Source: Octopus sinensis (lineage: Eukaryota). From it: a DNA stretch of 64,000 nt. A program made the translations under genes and the position numbers. The notes below the pieces were generated by a model. It had not been told where the DNA came from, ran no database searches, and was given only the letters and a program-made list of their open reading frames with translations. The DNA is taken from NCBI RefSeq assembly GCF_006345805.1, contig NC_042997.1, positions 164,052,001 to 164,116,000 of the forward strand, in the 5' to 3' direction. Positions 13,761 through 26,739 of this stretch are shown here, in pieces; position 1 is the first letter of the stretch, and the number at the start of each line of letters is the position of its first letter.

Positions 13761-14074
13761 ATTCATTGTTGAACTTTGTTTAATAAGTTATATACTGATT
13801 ATTTCTTTACAAGTTTTCATACCTGTACGACTTTTCAAAAAAATTTTAAAGTAAAGTATGAAAAAAAGACATTAGAAATCTAAGGAAAAAATTTCCATTA
13901 AAGGACGAACATACGTTCATCCAATAAATAATATATAAATACTCACATGCACACACACATACAAATACATGTGTGTGTACTTGTTCTTCACTTTCACTTG
14001 GCAACTAGTGTTGGTTTGTTTACATCCCCCTAACTTAGCAGCTTGACAAGGGACTAATAGAATAAGGGTCATAC

Positions 14075-14212
14075 TTAGCAAACTTGGTTGTCTGGATCAC
14101 TTTGTATCAATAACTACATCATTTCATGATGGGATGGAAGCATAGATCAATGTCAGTGGTGGGACCCATTTCAGTAGAGAATGGTGTCAAACAAGGTGAC
14201 ATCTTTGCCCTA
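14075..14212 (+). mobile_element. RTE RT internal fragment
   Basis: FHDGM...PFSVENGVKQGDIFA matches the RTE 'GVKQGxxLAP' motif. Confidence 0.7.
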
Positions 14213-14284
14213 TATATATATAATGTACTGATCCATGATAGAAAATTCAACACAAAAAGTACTCCATCTGGTGAGAGATAAATG

Positions 14285-14667
14285 TTATTATTTAAAGGTC
14301 ACAATACAGGTATTAAAGCATTACTAATAGTTTCATATGTTGAGAGAACTCAAACATTCTTCAGGTGCAAACCGCATATCATAACAAAGTAAAGAAATTG
14401 AATAATAGAAGAAATGCAAAAAAAAAACAAAAACTGAGAAGGCAGCATATAAAAAATGCAGACAGTAAAGAATGGAAAATAAAAAACAAAAACTAAAATG
14501 TTTTCTGTATGTTGCCTTCTCAGTTTTTTTTTGCATTTCTTCTTTTATTCAATTTCTTTAGTTCGTTACGATATGCAGTTTGTGCCTGAAGAATATGTTT
14601 GAGTTCTCTCAACATGCGAAACTGTTAGTAATGCTTTAATACATGTATTGTGACCTTTAAATAATAA
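14285..14667. repeat. ~170-bp-arm inverted repeat of a PLE-type terminus, each arm carrying a hammerhead-like motif
   Basis: 14285-14457 is the reverse complement of 14499-14667, with a ~40-nt spacer. CTGAAGA(14586)-hairpin-GAAAC(14618)-tgtta-GTA core in the right arm, mirrored in the left. Confidence 0.85.
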
Positions 14668-14671
14668 TAAC

Positions 14672-14705
<34 letters not shown>

Positions 14706-14742
14706 TAATAATAATAATAATAACAATAACTAATAATAAATA

Positions 14743-14784
<42 letters not shown>

Positions 14785-15574
14785 ATATAAGGGAATATTA
14801 TTCCAAACTTACAGGGAAAAAATTCAATTTAGAAATACTAAATCAAATTTCACAAAGTATAATATATATATATATATAATGTATAAAAGTATAATATTTT
14901 GATAAAAGGTGGGTTTTTTTTTCTAATTTATATATATATATATTATATATATATGTATATGAACACACAAACACCTATATAGTGGGAGAGTACAGGGATT
15001 TAGGAAATCTAGGTGAATTTCAGTAAACACATGTAAAATCCTGGCTAACAGAGTGTATAAGGAGGGGAAACAGAATTCAGGGCATTCTATACAAACTGCA
15101 CATCCAAGTTCTTGTTTCATCTCCTAGACTCCTTTTTCTTCACCCATATGCATGTAAACAATAAGCAATAAACTTAACAACCTCTTGACCTGTCAGAGCC
15201 AGTACGCTGGCTGATTTATATTAAATCAAAGAAATGAAACTGATATATCCCTTATCTTCATTATCCATCTCCTGACATATCTCCAAAATGGATTGACAAC
15301 TTGCTGATTTGATTTATTTGATATTCTCTATATTACCATCTCTCACTATATTTACTGGAAATAATTCAAAATATACTTTAAAATTATTACTCTAACTTGG
15401 TCCAAAATGATGTCTAAGTGGTACCCTCATTGGTTACTGTATGGACTCACATATTCTTTTAAAATATATATGCCAATGTGTAAATTGATGAAATGGCCAC
15501 CACAAATTATTTAAATGGTCATGACAGTTTAATAAAGATATATAATACCATTATCTCCATTCCTTTGTTTGACA

Positions 15575-16338
15575 TGGCTGTGTGAGAAGAAGTATGCTTC
15601 CCAACCACATGGTTCTGGGTTCAGTCCCAGTGTAGAATCTTAGGTAACTGCCTTCTGCTATAGAACAGGCCAACCAAAGCTTTCTGAGTGGATTTGGTAG
15701 ATGGAAACTGTAAGAAGCCTATCATATACATATATGTATGTGTGTGTGTGTGTGTTTGTGTCTCTTTGTCTTGACATTGTGTGATACTAGTAAATGAGTA
15801 TTACTATCATACAAGTAGTGTCATTTACTTCCAGTATATTGTGAGGACATGTCTAATCATGGGAAATATTACTCTGCTTGGAAACAAGAGAGGGCTGGTA
15901 ACAGAAAAGGCATCCAGCCATAGAAAACCTGCTTCAATAATATCTGTCCTGCATACCTTTTACTAGTGTCAGTCATTAGACTGCAGCCATGCTGAGGCAC
16001 ATCCTTGAAGAATTTTTAGTCAAATGAATCAACCCCGGGGACTTATTTTTAAAGCCTGTTATTTATTCTATCAGTCTCTTTTGCTGAACTGGTAACTTAT
16101 GGGAACATAAACAAACCAATACTGGTTGTGAAGTGGTGGTGTGGGACACACACACACGCACAAATACATGACGAGGTTCTTTCAGTTTCTGTCTACCAAA
16201 TCCACTTACAAGGCCTTGATGGGCCTGGGGCTATAGCAGAAGACATATGCCCAAGGTTCCACACTATGGGATTGAACCCGAAGCCATATGATTAGTAAGC
16301 AAACTTCTTACAACACAACCATGCTTGTTCCTAATGTT

Positions 16339-16434
<96 letters not shown>

Positions 16435-16600
16435 TATGACAGGCTTCTTTCAGTTTCTGTCTACCAAATCCACTCACAAAGCTTTGGTCAGCCCGAGGCT
16501 TTAATAGAAGACACTTGCCCAAAGTGCCATGCAGTGAGACTGAACCCGGAACCATGTGGTTGGGAAGCAAGCTTCTTACCACACAGCTACTCCTATGCTT
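15575..16600. mobile_element. Cluster of three SINE family B copies (+ 15575-15960; - 15965-16325; - 16390-16600)
   Basis: Head atggctgtgtggtaagaagcttgcttcccaaccacatggtt..gggttcagtc, CORE-like accttgggcaagtgtcttct, internal (TG)n; same consensus as 56650-57059. Confidence 0.85.
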
Positions 16601-16711
16601 ATAACATATCAGTGCCCTGGGTGAGGTATGAACTCAGAATCTCTACATTCTTCACCCATGACTCACACAACAAAGGTACTGTCTATAAGTACGATGTGCT
16701 CAGTGATTATA

Positions 16712-16763
<52 letters not shown>

Positions 16764-16826
16764 TATATGAGTGAGTGGACAAATGAAAGAAAGGGCACTC
16801 AACACATTTATTGCAAGTTACATGTA

Positions 16827-16987
16827 TTAATCAAAACAGTTTGATTCAGATTCCATGCTACTTCAAGTTTTGCAGGCCCCTAACAGAGTCCGCCTCCTCA
16901 GGTTGGTGGGATATCTGAAGACAGGCTCTGTTAGGGACCTGCGAAAGTTGAAGTAGCATGGAATTCAAATCAAACAGTTTTGAATAA
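16827..16987. repeat. Fold-back inverted repeat built from two hammerhead-like motifs
   Basis: ttccatgctacttcaa...ttgaagtagcatggaa arms ~75 bp, loop ~13 nt. CTGAAGA(16915)-caggctctgttagggacctgc-GAAA(16943). Confidence 0.85.
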
Positions 16988-16995
16988 TATATATT

Positions 16996-17348
16996 GGGTC
17001 GATGCCAGCACCGCCTCGACTGGCTTCTGTGCCGGTGGCACATAAAAAGCACCATCCGAACGTGGTCGATGCCAGCACCGCCTCGACTGGCTTCTGTGCT
17101 GGTGGCACATAAAAAGCACCAACCAATCGTGGCCAATGCCAGACCCCTCTGGCACCTGTGCAGGTGGCACGTAAAAAGCACCCACTACACTCGCGGAGTG
17201 GTTGGCATTAGGAAGGGCATCCAGCTGTAGAAACACTGCCAGATCAGACTGGAGCCTGGAGCAGCCCCTGGCTCCCCAGACCCCGGTTGAACCGTCCAAC
17301 CCGTGCTAGCGCGGAAAAATGGACGTTAAACGATGATGATGATGATGA
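16996..17348 (+). mobile_element. Young RTE 3'UTR copy with (GAT)n tail, inserted in (TA)n
   Basis: Reverse complement of 49498-49800, CpG-rich, internal ~51-bp duplication, ends ggacgttaaac(gat)n. Confidence 0.9.
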
Positions 17349-18096
17349 TATATATGTAAAGAACAAATTAAATAACATAGACCTTTATACAATTATGTGT
17401 ATGTGTGTGCATGTGCATGTGTGTGTGTGTGTGTGTATGTGTGGTTTCAGCTGTATATGACTATTATCCAAACAAGAGAGTCCTAAGTACTATAGTGATA
17501 AAGTGCATTAAGATTCCAAGTTGAAGAATTCAGTATTACATACTTACTATTCTGTATTTCTCAACTTTGAATGCCACATAACAATGAAACTTAAACAGAA
17601 ATATAGCTTAATTTGCTGGAAAAATTCTTCTTCTGCTTCACAAACATCTGTAGCTCCACACTAACTTTCATCTCATTGATTATCTATAATAACTAACCTA
17701 TAAACCTCACCATCCTTTTACTAGCAGAAATTTAAATCTTCCCAACACTAATTGCTATACAGCTCAACTTCTCTTAACAATAACCTACAGCATAATTTCA
17801 ACAGAAAAATTAGTGTTTGCATCAATGTTAAATACACAATCACCTCAACAGATTTATAACTTGACACAACAAAGCATTCCAGTTACTTTAGGTGAAGGTC
17901 TTTCTCCCTAACTTCCCCAAATATTATGATTCTCCTTCACCATAACTACCAACATTGATTTAACTGTCTCAACTGTTATAGTGAAAACATTCAGTATAAC
18001 TATCCTCTCTCTGAAGATGTTACTGTTGTTTAACCCTAGTTCAGCTATAAATGAGCAGACCTAAGATCAAAGGCATTTCATTTGTAACTATCTGGT

Positions 18097-18154
<58 letters not shown>

Positions 18155-18995
18155 CTACATCATTCATTTTATCTCTTCCTTTTTAAAGTAAGTATGGTGA
18201 AATTTGAGGGACTTTTGACTGCTATTTCTAGCAAGTTGAGCAACCACATAGTGGCATCTCAGAAGTAATCACTTTTAGTGTCTTCAATGTTCCTACACAT
18301 CCTAGTTTTTCAAACTCCACTCCTTCTATCCTAAGATTCTTAATCTCTTTGCCATGTTTTAACTTTCTTCATGGTTTTTGATTAATTTAGTGATAAATAT
18401 TTATTACTATATCATGGTAAATGACATTGAGCATGTGCTAGTTATCAGTTGCACAATACTGCAGCATAATTTCAATCAGTGGTTATAAAATCATTTTACT
18501 TCACTTAGATAAATAATGCTCAAGAGAAAGATAAGAACATCCTTTGTAACTACTCAAAAGGAAATTAATATTTATTATTACATCAGATTCAAACTGGAAC
18601 TGAAATTTTCTCTTGTATTCTTTACTACATTCCTAAGGTAATGAGATGGTAGAATTGTCAGTCAGTTGGACAAGTAGCATTTCTTTAGGCTCTTTACATT
18701 CTTGGTTCAAATTTCACCAAAGCTGACTTCAATTTTCGTCCTGTTGAGATCAATAAAATAATTACCAGTTGAACACTGGAGTCAATGTAATTGACTTACT
18801 CACTGCCTTTAATCCTTTAGTTTTTAAACTGGCCATATCCAGCCCCATATTTTCTACCTGTTTTATGTTCAAACTGGCTAGATCTGGCCTATCACATGTA
18901 CCTAACAATGTCAGAGTAAAAATATACAATTGCATCATTGAAATCTCAAAGCTACAAGATAATGCATGATTAATTCAAATCAATGTGAATAAATA

Positions 18996-20224
18996 TCAGG
19001 TCATCCCATAAGTTCTGTCAGGATTTGAATAAGGAAAACAAGTGATCAAATGTTATATTTAATTGAAATTCAATCATCAGTGTACTTTCCCTGATTATCT
19101 GTGACTTCCTTCCATCTATTTACAAGCTTTTTAATCCCATCAATGTAAAACTCTTTTGGTTTCAAAGCGAAGAACTCTGAAATGTCATTTCGACCTCCTC
19201 CTGGCTTGCAAAAGTTATGTCCCTCAAATGATTTTGTAAACTATGAAACAAATGGTAGTCTGAAGGAGCAAGGTCGGGAGAATAAGGTGGATGAGGAATT
19301 TTTTCCCAACCAAGCTCTTCAATCTTCTTTGATGTCATCTTTGCAGTGTGGAGTCGTGCATTGTCCTGATGAAACATCACTCCTTTTCAATTCACTAAAG
19401 CAAGTAATTTTTTCTTCAAAGCTTGGTTCAAATGCTCTAATTGCTGACAGTAGACTTGAGCATTGATTGTTACATTAGGTGCTAACAATTCAAAGTGAAT
19501 TACTCCTTTGCAATCCCACCAGAGAGAGAGAGAAGAACCTTTTCCCTTTTACCAAGCCACTGTTTACAACATTTAACATTTCGAAAGAAGATCCATTTTT
19601 CGTCACCAGTCACAAGTCTATCCAAAAAGGGTGAAATGAGTTTGCAAGAATGGAGAGAAGAGCAGATGTCAACTCGGGATTTGTGGTAGCTTTTGGACAA
19701 TTCATGAGGTACCCATTTTCCAAGTTGTTGAAGATGACAACGAACAGTTGTATGGTTTGAACTAAGCTTTATTGCCAATTCTTCAACTGATAATACAGGA
19801 TTTTCTTCAAGTAATGCCTCAAGGAGCTTATCATCAAACTCAGCTGGACATCCTGTTCGATCTTCATCTTCAACGCTGAAATCTCCACTTCTGAATTTTG
19901 CAAACCATCTTCTGCAAGTTCGTTCATTCAAGCATTTTTTCCCATAAACTGAGTGTATGTTCCAAGTCGCTTTGGCTGCAGAGTTTCCTTTTTTGTACTC
20001 ATAAAGCATTATGTACCTCAAATGCTCTTTGGATACTTCCATGTTTGAAAGGGTTTTAATCAAAGAAATTTTAATTCTTATTCTGTAAAATAATATTTAA
20101 TTAGTTTAAATGTACATAAATGCATAAAAATAATTAAAAATTCCATTAATCATTCTAAAATACTATTAAATTTCATTCAATTTTTAAAAAAAGTAAAATC
20201 AGACAGAACTTATGGATGATCTGA
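18996..20224 (-). mobile_element. Near full-length mariner transposon (~1.23 kb) with both TIRs and TA target duplication
   Basis: TIRs tcaggtcatcccataagttctgtc / gacagaacttatggatgatctga; TA at 18994-95 and 20225-26. Confidence 0.95.
19070..20042 (-). pseudogene. Mariner DD34D transposase pseudogene
   Basis: MEVSKEHLR..., WVPHEL, VTGDEKW, HQDNARLH, PPYSPDLAPSDYHLF, ending ...QGKYTDD*. Frameshifts and small deletions. Confidence 0.95.
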
Positions 20225-23010
20225 TAAATAAACATTACATTTGACAGAATAATCTGAATGATAAAAAGTTAAATTGCTTGCACCAAAATTTGAAATCATT
20301 CTTTCCTAAGTTCTCTTGGAAAGCTTAGGACACTTTGCAGGAAAAAAAAACATTAATCCATTCTCATCTCATCTCCATACTGGTAATATAAATTTAGTCT
20401 TTGCTCAATTCTGATTCAGCATACCTTTGATGAAAGGTATTCCAGTTATGACCATCCCAACCCATTCTTTTTTTATTTATTCTTTTTATTCACATTGTAC
20501 ATTGGCAATCTTGTGAGTAGAGAAAGATTTAGCTGCTATTTTTAGTAGATCAAGTGAACCTGTAGTAGCTTATTCATTAGCTCACAGATATAAATTAGTT
20601 AGAATGGATGGAAGGCAGAATCTAAAATTATTTCTCTGAACGTAATTCTCCGTTATCTGTTCAGGAAATTCATTCTACTGATTTAAATTTGAACATATTA
20701 TCTAAACTGAAATCATAGGTTTTTATTTAAAAAAAAGAAACCCATTTTGTATTAGAAATTTATCTATAATGTTAGGAGTTTGATTTCAGAATGATCAAAA
20801 CAGAGAAAAAGAAAAAAAAAATCAATAAGAAGTAAAAATAAACACAGCTTGAAACATGTTGCTGAGAGATGTATGTATTGCTTTATCAAAATTTATTTCG
20901 ATAATATATGATTATAGCAATTTAAAATGAAAAAGAATTTCTACAGAATAAATCCCTATCAATACCACACACCACAATAACTATACTAACAGCAAAATGA
21001 ATTATAGAAACAGTTGCCAAATTTCCATCAAATGTTATCCTAATATCTTTAAAGGAAAAAGTAAATGGAAGGGTGTAGTGCATAACACAGAGGAAGGTGG
21101 ACTTCCTGAGAAAATGATGGGATTATCACTGCTTGAATGCCTGCGACCATGCCTGCTCAATGACAGCTATCTAATCTAGGACTAAACAACTGATACACTG
21201 ACGTAAAAACAACCAAGTCAATAATGGAGATATTAACCATAGAAACATAGATAAGTCAACAGTGAAGCTTTTATGTGGTCACTCAAATCTCCATCATATC
21301 ACACTTTATCTTCTTAAATAAGAAAAGGATATATCAGATATATAGTAGTGCATATCACTAATAAAAAAGATGTTTACATATTGGAATATCTTTGATCATA
21401 GGTCTATCTGCTGGAAGTCCATGGTATCACTTCTTTGTTGTACCTATCAAATTGATAATAAAGTAAGGACCATTATTCTAAATGCAAGTGTTTCCATGAA
21501 GGATTATGGAGGAATGCCAGCCTTCATACATAAGAATAATTCCTCAATGCTAGACATTTACATCACTAAAATTCCTTTGATTTAGGAACCATTACCTAGT
21601 GTAACTCTCTTTCTTTACCATCATAAACGAGCAAAATGTGGTAAACTTAAAAAAAAATAATGAAAAATGGTAAAACCCCTGAAATATATAAACCAGAGAG
21701 TTGCTAACAGTTATACAAAAAGGCACAGTGCATATTCACTTCTCAGAAGCGAAGCATTTGGAATTCAATGCCTGAAATTTGTGTACAACAAAAGAAGGGT
21801 AAAAAATGGTTATAAATTATTAATTGTCCAATAATTAATTCTCTTTCCAATTTCTGGTCCATATAAACTATTCATTGGATTTTGTTTCCAATATTGGATC
21901 ACACCCATAAAAAAAAAGCACATTCAATCCTCATTGTACAATGCCACCAAATATGCATGCAAAACAATTGAAACTAACCATGCTAGCCTTATATGATTAT
22001 GCTTCCTCATACGTAAGTGCAATAATAAGAGTAGTGGTTCTATCCATCCTCAGCCTCCCTCAAACCAACACACACATGTTTCATCTTGCAATACTACAAG
22101 CCATCATACTCTCTTTCTCTCTCTCTTCTGGAACACTTTTATTACCGCCCAACACCTACTCTTAATACCCTTGGAAGAGGAGTGATTGGCAATTGCAGAG
22201 GTGGACAAAGGTAAGGGTACCACATACTCTTCCTCCTCTTCCTCTAATTCCACTATGCCTTTCCCCCCATCACTTACTCCATTCACTCTATCAACCATTC
22301 TGGTTCTTCTGATGTCATTGCTTCCCCCCCCCCTCTATTTACTAAGCAAATGTTCATGCCTTCACTTATTGATAACTCTCTACATGTACATTCCTATCCT
22401 TACTTCTCAACAACTCATTTCTGGCCTTTCTGCTGTCATTCTTCCTTTTCTAATTCCTTTCTTTGTTTAACATACTTCAGGTTACTTAGCACTCTCTTCA
22501 TTTTACTGCATATTAAGTACTCCACTACCTGTGCTGGTGTTACCACAGAATTTGTCATGCTATGTTCCCTGGGGAATAGTGAATAAGGTGGCCTCACTAG
22601 TGTTGGGGATCACAAAAAAAAATGCACCTCAGACACTATAAAGTGACTGACAAATGAGCAAAGAACACACTGGATTGACAAATGACTTTAATCCTATTTG
22701 TCTGAGGGTTAGGGAACCACTCAAGTGTTGGTGCCACAAGAAATGAACCCAGTAACATTGTTGGTGATTGGAAGAGCATCCAACTATAGAAAACAAACCA
22801 ATTGACACATATGAGCACTAGACTTTAAGAATAGTAGCACCTAATAAGAAATTAGACTGTGGTGACCTATTCAACCCATGCCAACATGGAAACATTGAAA
22901 GTAGAGATGAAATGATGATGATGAATAAATAAATATAAATATAGACACACACATGCATAGACACATGTCTAGAATGTATATATGTACACAGGCAAGCATA
23001 TATACATTAA

Positions 23011-23231
23011 CCCATTAATGCATAGCATCTAGAAAAATTGATGCAGAAAAAATTACTACTGCTTGTTAAGTAAACTACCTATTGAGCTTATTTTTGGTAT
23101 AGTCTGCCTTTAAACTAGTGCTCTATGAATGAGCAAGCACTGTGTACAAACAAACCAACTATACATATGTACGAAATAAGTGATAATAATTTTTCCTGCA
23201 TTTATTTTTCTGGACACTATGAATTATTGGG
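23011..23231. mobile_element. piggyBac-like MITE (~220 bp)
   Basis: TTAA|CCCattaatgcatag...ctatgaattattGGG|TTAA; imperfect TIRs of ~45 bp. Confidence 0.75.
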
Positions 23232-23554
23232 TTAAACTTATACAAGGAAAAGTTTGACAGTGACTCTGAAGTTTCAACTTGCTCACTTTTGCCAGATTGT
23301 GTTTTATTTGAGCAAGCCTTCAGTTTAAATTGTTTTTATATATAACTTGATATAAAAACAAACATTAATATATAAGGTGGCAAGCTGGTTGAATTGTTAG
23401 CACACCAAGCAAAACACTTGGTGGTATTTCATCCATCTTTAAGTTCTGAGCTCAAATTCTGCCAAGGTCAACTGTACCTTTCATTCAGTAGGGGTCAATA
23501 AAATAAGTAATAGTTAAGCATCAAGGACAATGTAATTGATTTATAGTTCAAATT

Positions 23555-23795
23555 TATAGAAAACAAAAGGCAAAGACAGGTGAAGGAACAACAAGCAGGT
23601 GTATTAGTTTAACGCTTGGAAAGAATGGAAAAGTCTTTGATGTTTTGAGCTTTGTTCTTTGACAGAATGGATTAAGAGAAAAAAAAAAACAAAGAGAGAA
23701 TGAAAAAAAAACAGAGAGAGAATGAAAAAAATGAAGAGAGAATGAAAAAAAAGCAAAGAGAGAAAAAATGTGTAGAGATTAATAATAGTTCAACA
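23555..23795 (-). repeat. PLE-terminus-like dispersed repeat (same family as 52640-52820 and 53170-53355), inserted in a SINE A
   Basis: Shared aaaacaaaag..aagacagg..caggtgtattagt..cttgg..aaagtcttt..gagc..acagaa; internal gagagaatgaaaaaa triplication. Confidence 0.75.
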
Positions 23796-24159
23796 TGTTA
23801 CCCCACCTCCTGAAATTGTTGGCCTTGTGAAATCAATATATATGTATATATATAATCCTCATGTGCATGGTAAACAATGAGAGTCAAAATGACAATGTAC
23901 ATATTCAGTGGATTTGAATATGAATATATGCTAATTACTGTTGTGCTTTATCATTGGAGAATACTACTTCTCTTTTCAGACATATGTGTATTCATAATAC
24001 ATTCAATACGCTTTGGGACACCTGGTGTTTCGATAGATATCAGCATGTAGCAACAAATTGTTTGTTGAAGTTATAAACAAAAATCATAAACTATAGTTAG
24101 ATCCATTAGTCCAGGATGCCTTTGACTTCAATGTGGAAGCACCAGATATCCCAAAGTTA

Positions 24160-24724
24160 ACCTTAACAGAATCTGAACTCAGAATGTAAATAGCTTAAAG
24201 AAATGCCATTAAGCATTTTGTCCAACATGCTAATGATTCTGCTAGCTCACTGCCTTTATATAACAACAACAACAGTAATAATAATGGTTTCAAATTTTGG
24301 CACAAGGCCAGCAATTTCAGGGAAGAGGCTAAGTTGATTATATTGACCCCACTGCTCAACTAGTACTTATTTTATCAATTCTGAAAGGATGAAAGGCAAA
24401 GTTGACCTCAGCAGTATTCAAACTCAAAGTTTAAAGATGGATGAAACGCTGTTAAGCATTTTGTTCAGTGTACCAACAATTCCGCCAATTTGCTGCCTTA
24501 ATAATGATAATCCTTCTTACTAAAGGCTCAAGGCCTGAAATTTTGTGGGAGAGGACTAGTCAATTACATCAACCCAGTGTTTCACTGGTGCTTATTTTAT
24601 TAACCCCAAAAGGATGAAAGGCAAAGTTGACCTTGGTGGAATTTGAACTCAGAACATAAGGACGGACGAAATGCCACTAAACATGTTGTCTGGTGTGCTA
24701 ATGATTCTGCCAGCTCACTGCCTT
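24160..24724 (-). mobile_element. Head-to-tail array of three SINE A copies
   Basis: Copies at ~24160-24255 (partial), 24285-24498 and 24510-24724, joined through (AAT/AAC)n. Confidence 0.85.
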
Positions 24725-24734
24725 ACTTAATAAT

Positions 24735-25258
24735 AATATGATTGGAAGTGTTATCATGTACATTGTTTTGTCTTGGTATAAAAGATGGGCTACAGCAAAT
24801 ATTCTGCTCAATACCACAGATTTGCTTGTCAGTTGTTTGACCTTAACCAGTTGAGCATGTCCCTTAGTGGCTGACAATATGTGCATCTCTGATCACGAGC
24901 AGAAGTAGTGGGGGAGCATCATAGCCATGTGTTGAGAGGGATTCTTTGGGGTTTGAATGATACACCTCTGGAAACATGGGTGTTTCATTCAATATCCTTA
25001 AACAACCCTTATTCAGGGACCTTTTGAGCAGGATGGGTTACTCGACCAAAAGAAAATTCTAACTGAGCCCCACCTACAAGGTCATGTGCTGTTTATCTTG
25101 ATATGAGATCATCATGTCGCGCACATATGGTTGTGATGCATGTGCCTGGTGTACCCTTATCAGACGGGTGGTCATGATGGGTATACTGGGCTTCGTATAT
25201 TTTACCCCAGTGTCACTTTGATGGCATGCATTGCTCTCTCACTCAATAATAATAATAA
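24735..25258 (+). mobile_element. Non-coding LINE-like 3' end with (AAT)n tail (unclassified, possibly Dong/R4 3'UTR)
   Basis: GC-richer ~520-bp block between AAT runs, ending ctctcactc(aat)n; no coding motif seen. Confidence 0.55.
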
Positions 25259-26739
25259 TTGATAACAGTGGTAAATAGCACTTATGATAGTATACATGGT
25301 AAAGAGGGTCGGATGAATGATATCAAATTAATGAAAGAATAAACATATCCATGCATGTGAACCTTCCAACGGTTAGAAAGGCACAGCACAAGCATTCTTA
25401 TTACTTACAGGCACAGAAGTCAAACAAAAACCAACAAAATTACCATAAAATGTCTTCAACTTGGAAAATAAAAAGGTAGATCAAATACTGTAAGGAATTT
25501 TGCCCAATGATTCTAATGATTCTACCAATCCACCATTTTGAATTACAATAATGGTTTGTCCACATTACTCTGTTAGGATCATAGGGCTGGTTTCTCTGGT
25601 GTGTGTATATAAATATATATATATACATATATATATATATCCTCGCACTGGATGGGACGTTGGTCCATCACAGGATTACTCATTTTTACCAGTTGAGTGG
25701 ACTGGGGTAACATGAAATGAAGTGTTTTTGCCAAAGAACACAACACATCACTCAGTCTAGGAATTGAAACCACAATCTTTACAACCATGAGTCTAACACC
25801 CTCACCACTAAGTCATGTGCCTTCACACAAACTAATAATAGCAATATTTAGAGTAATAATACCAATAATTATCCAGTATATGCATAGGAATAAATATCCT
25901 GCTAAATAAATATTGTCCTGTAATTCTAATGCTGCTTTACTTGTATCCATCATATTTGATATAATACCTCATTATATTCCTCACAGCAGTGTGTATCAAT
26001 GCTGAATTTATATTTCTGGTGAGGTAATTAAAACAAATTAAGGCTATAAATATTAAAATAAAAATGATATGTGGTGAATGAAAATGAATTCACAGGTTTT
26101 ATTATGCATTCAAAACTAAACGATAAAAATTTAATATGCCTTTAAAATACAACTAAACGGTAAACCTTGAGGATTTCAAACACCAAATATCATTAAAATC
26201 CTGCACAATCACATTATTCTTTATCTTCAGTTCTGAATAAACCTTTATAATTAAAAGGATGAATAATGATATCATACAGATCTTCATTATCATTGTTGTC
26301 TCTTATTATAGGTTGTATGTCATCTGCTGCTTCTTCATCATGACCTTAGATATTTGTCTTCTGTTCCAACCAAGGGATTAAATTCCACAATTCTTGAATG
26401 ATTTGATAATTATCCTCTTTACTATAGGAACAAGGCCTGAAATTTGGAGGTAGGAGGCTAGTTAATTATACTGACTTCAATGCTTGACTGGTAGTTATTT
26501 TATTGACCCCCAAAAGGATGAAAGACAAAGATGGCTTCAACAGAATTTGAACTCAGAACATAAAATGGGTGAAGTGCTGCTAAGTATTTTGCCCAGTGTG
26601 TTAACAATTCAGCCAGCTTGTCACCTTATGAATGATTTGATGATAATGTCAGCTTTTATTTTCTTCATCTTTCATGTGATCTTTCTTCATGCATCCAGTT
26701 ACTTGATTTTATCCTCATCATGTCCTTAAATAGCTTTAT

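Larger units (their letters stand above)
18641..20300 (+). mobile_element. Old SINE A split by a piggyBac-like MITE (18813-20268, TTAA flanks)
   Basis: SINE head and core 18641-18808, tail resumes at 20273. MITE ends tcctttag.../...gaatgataaaaag; TTAA at 18809-12 and 20269-72; same MITE at 54246-54733. Confidence 0.75.
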
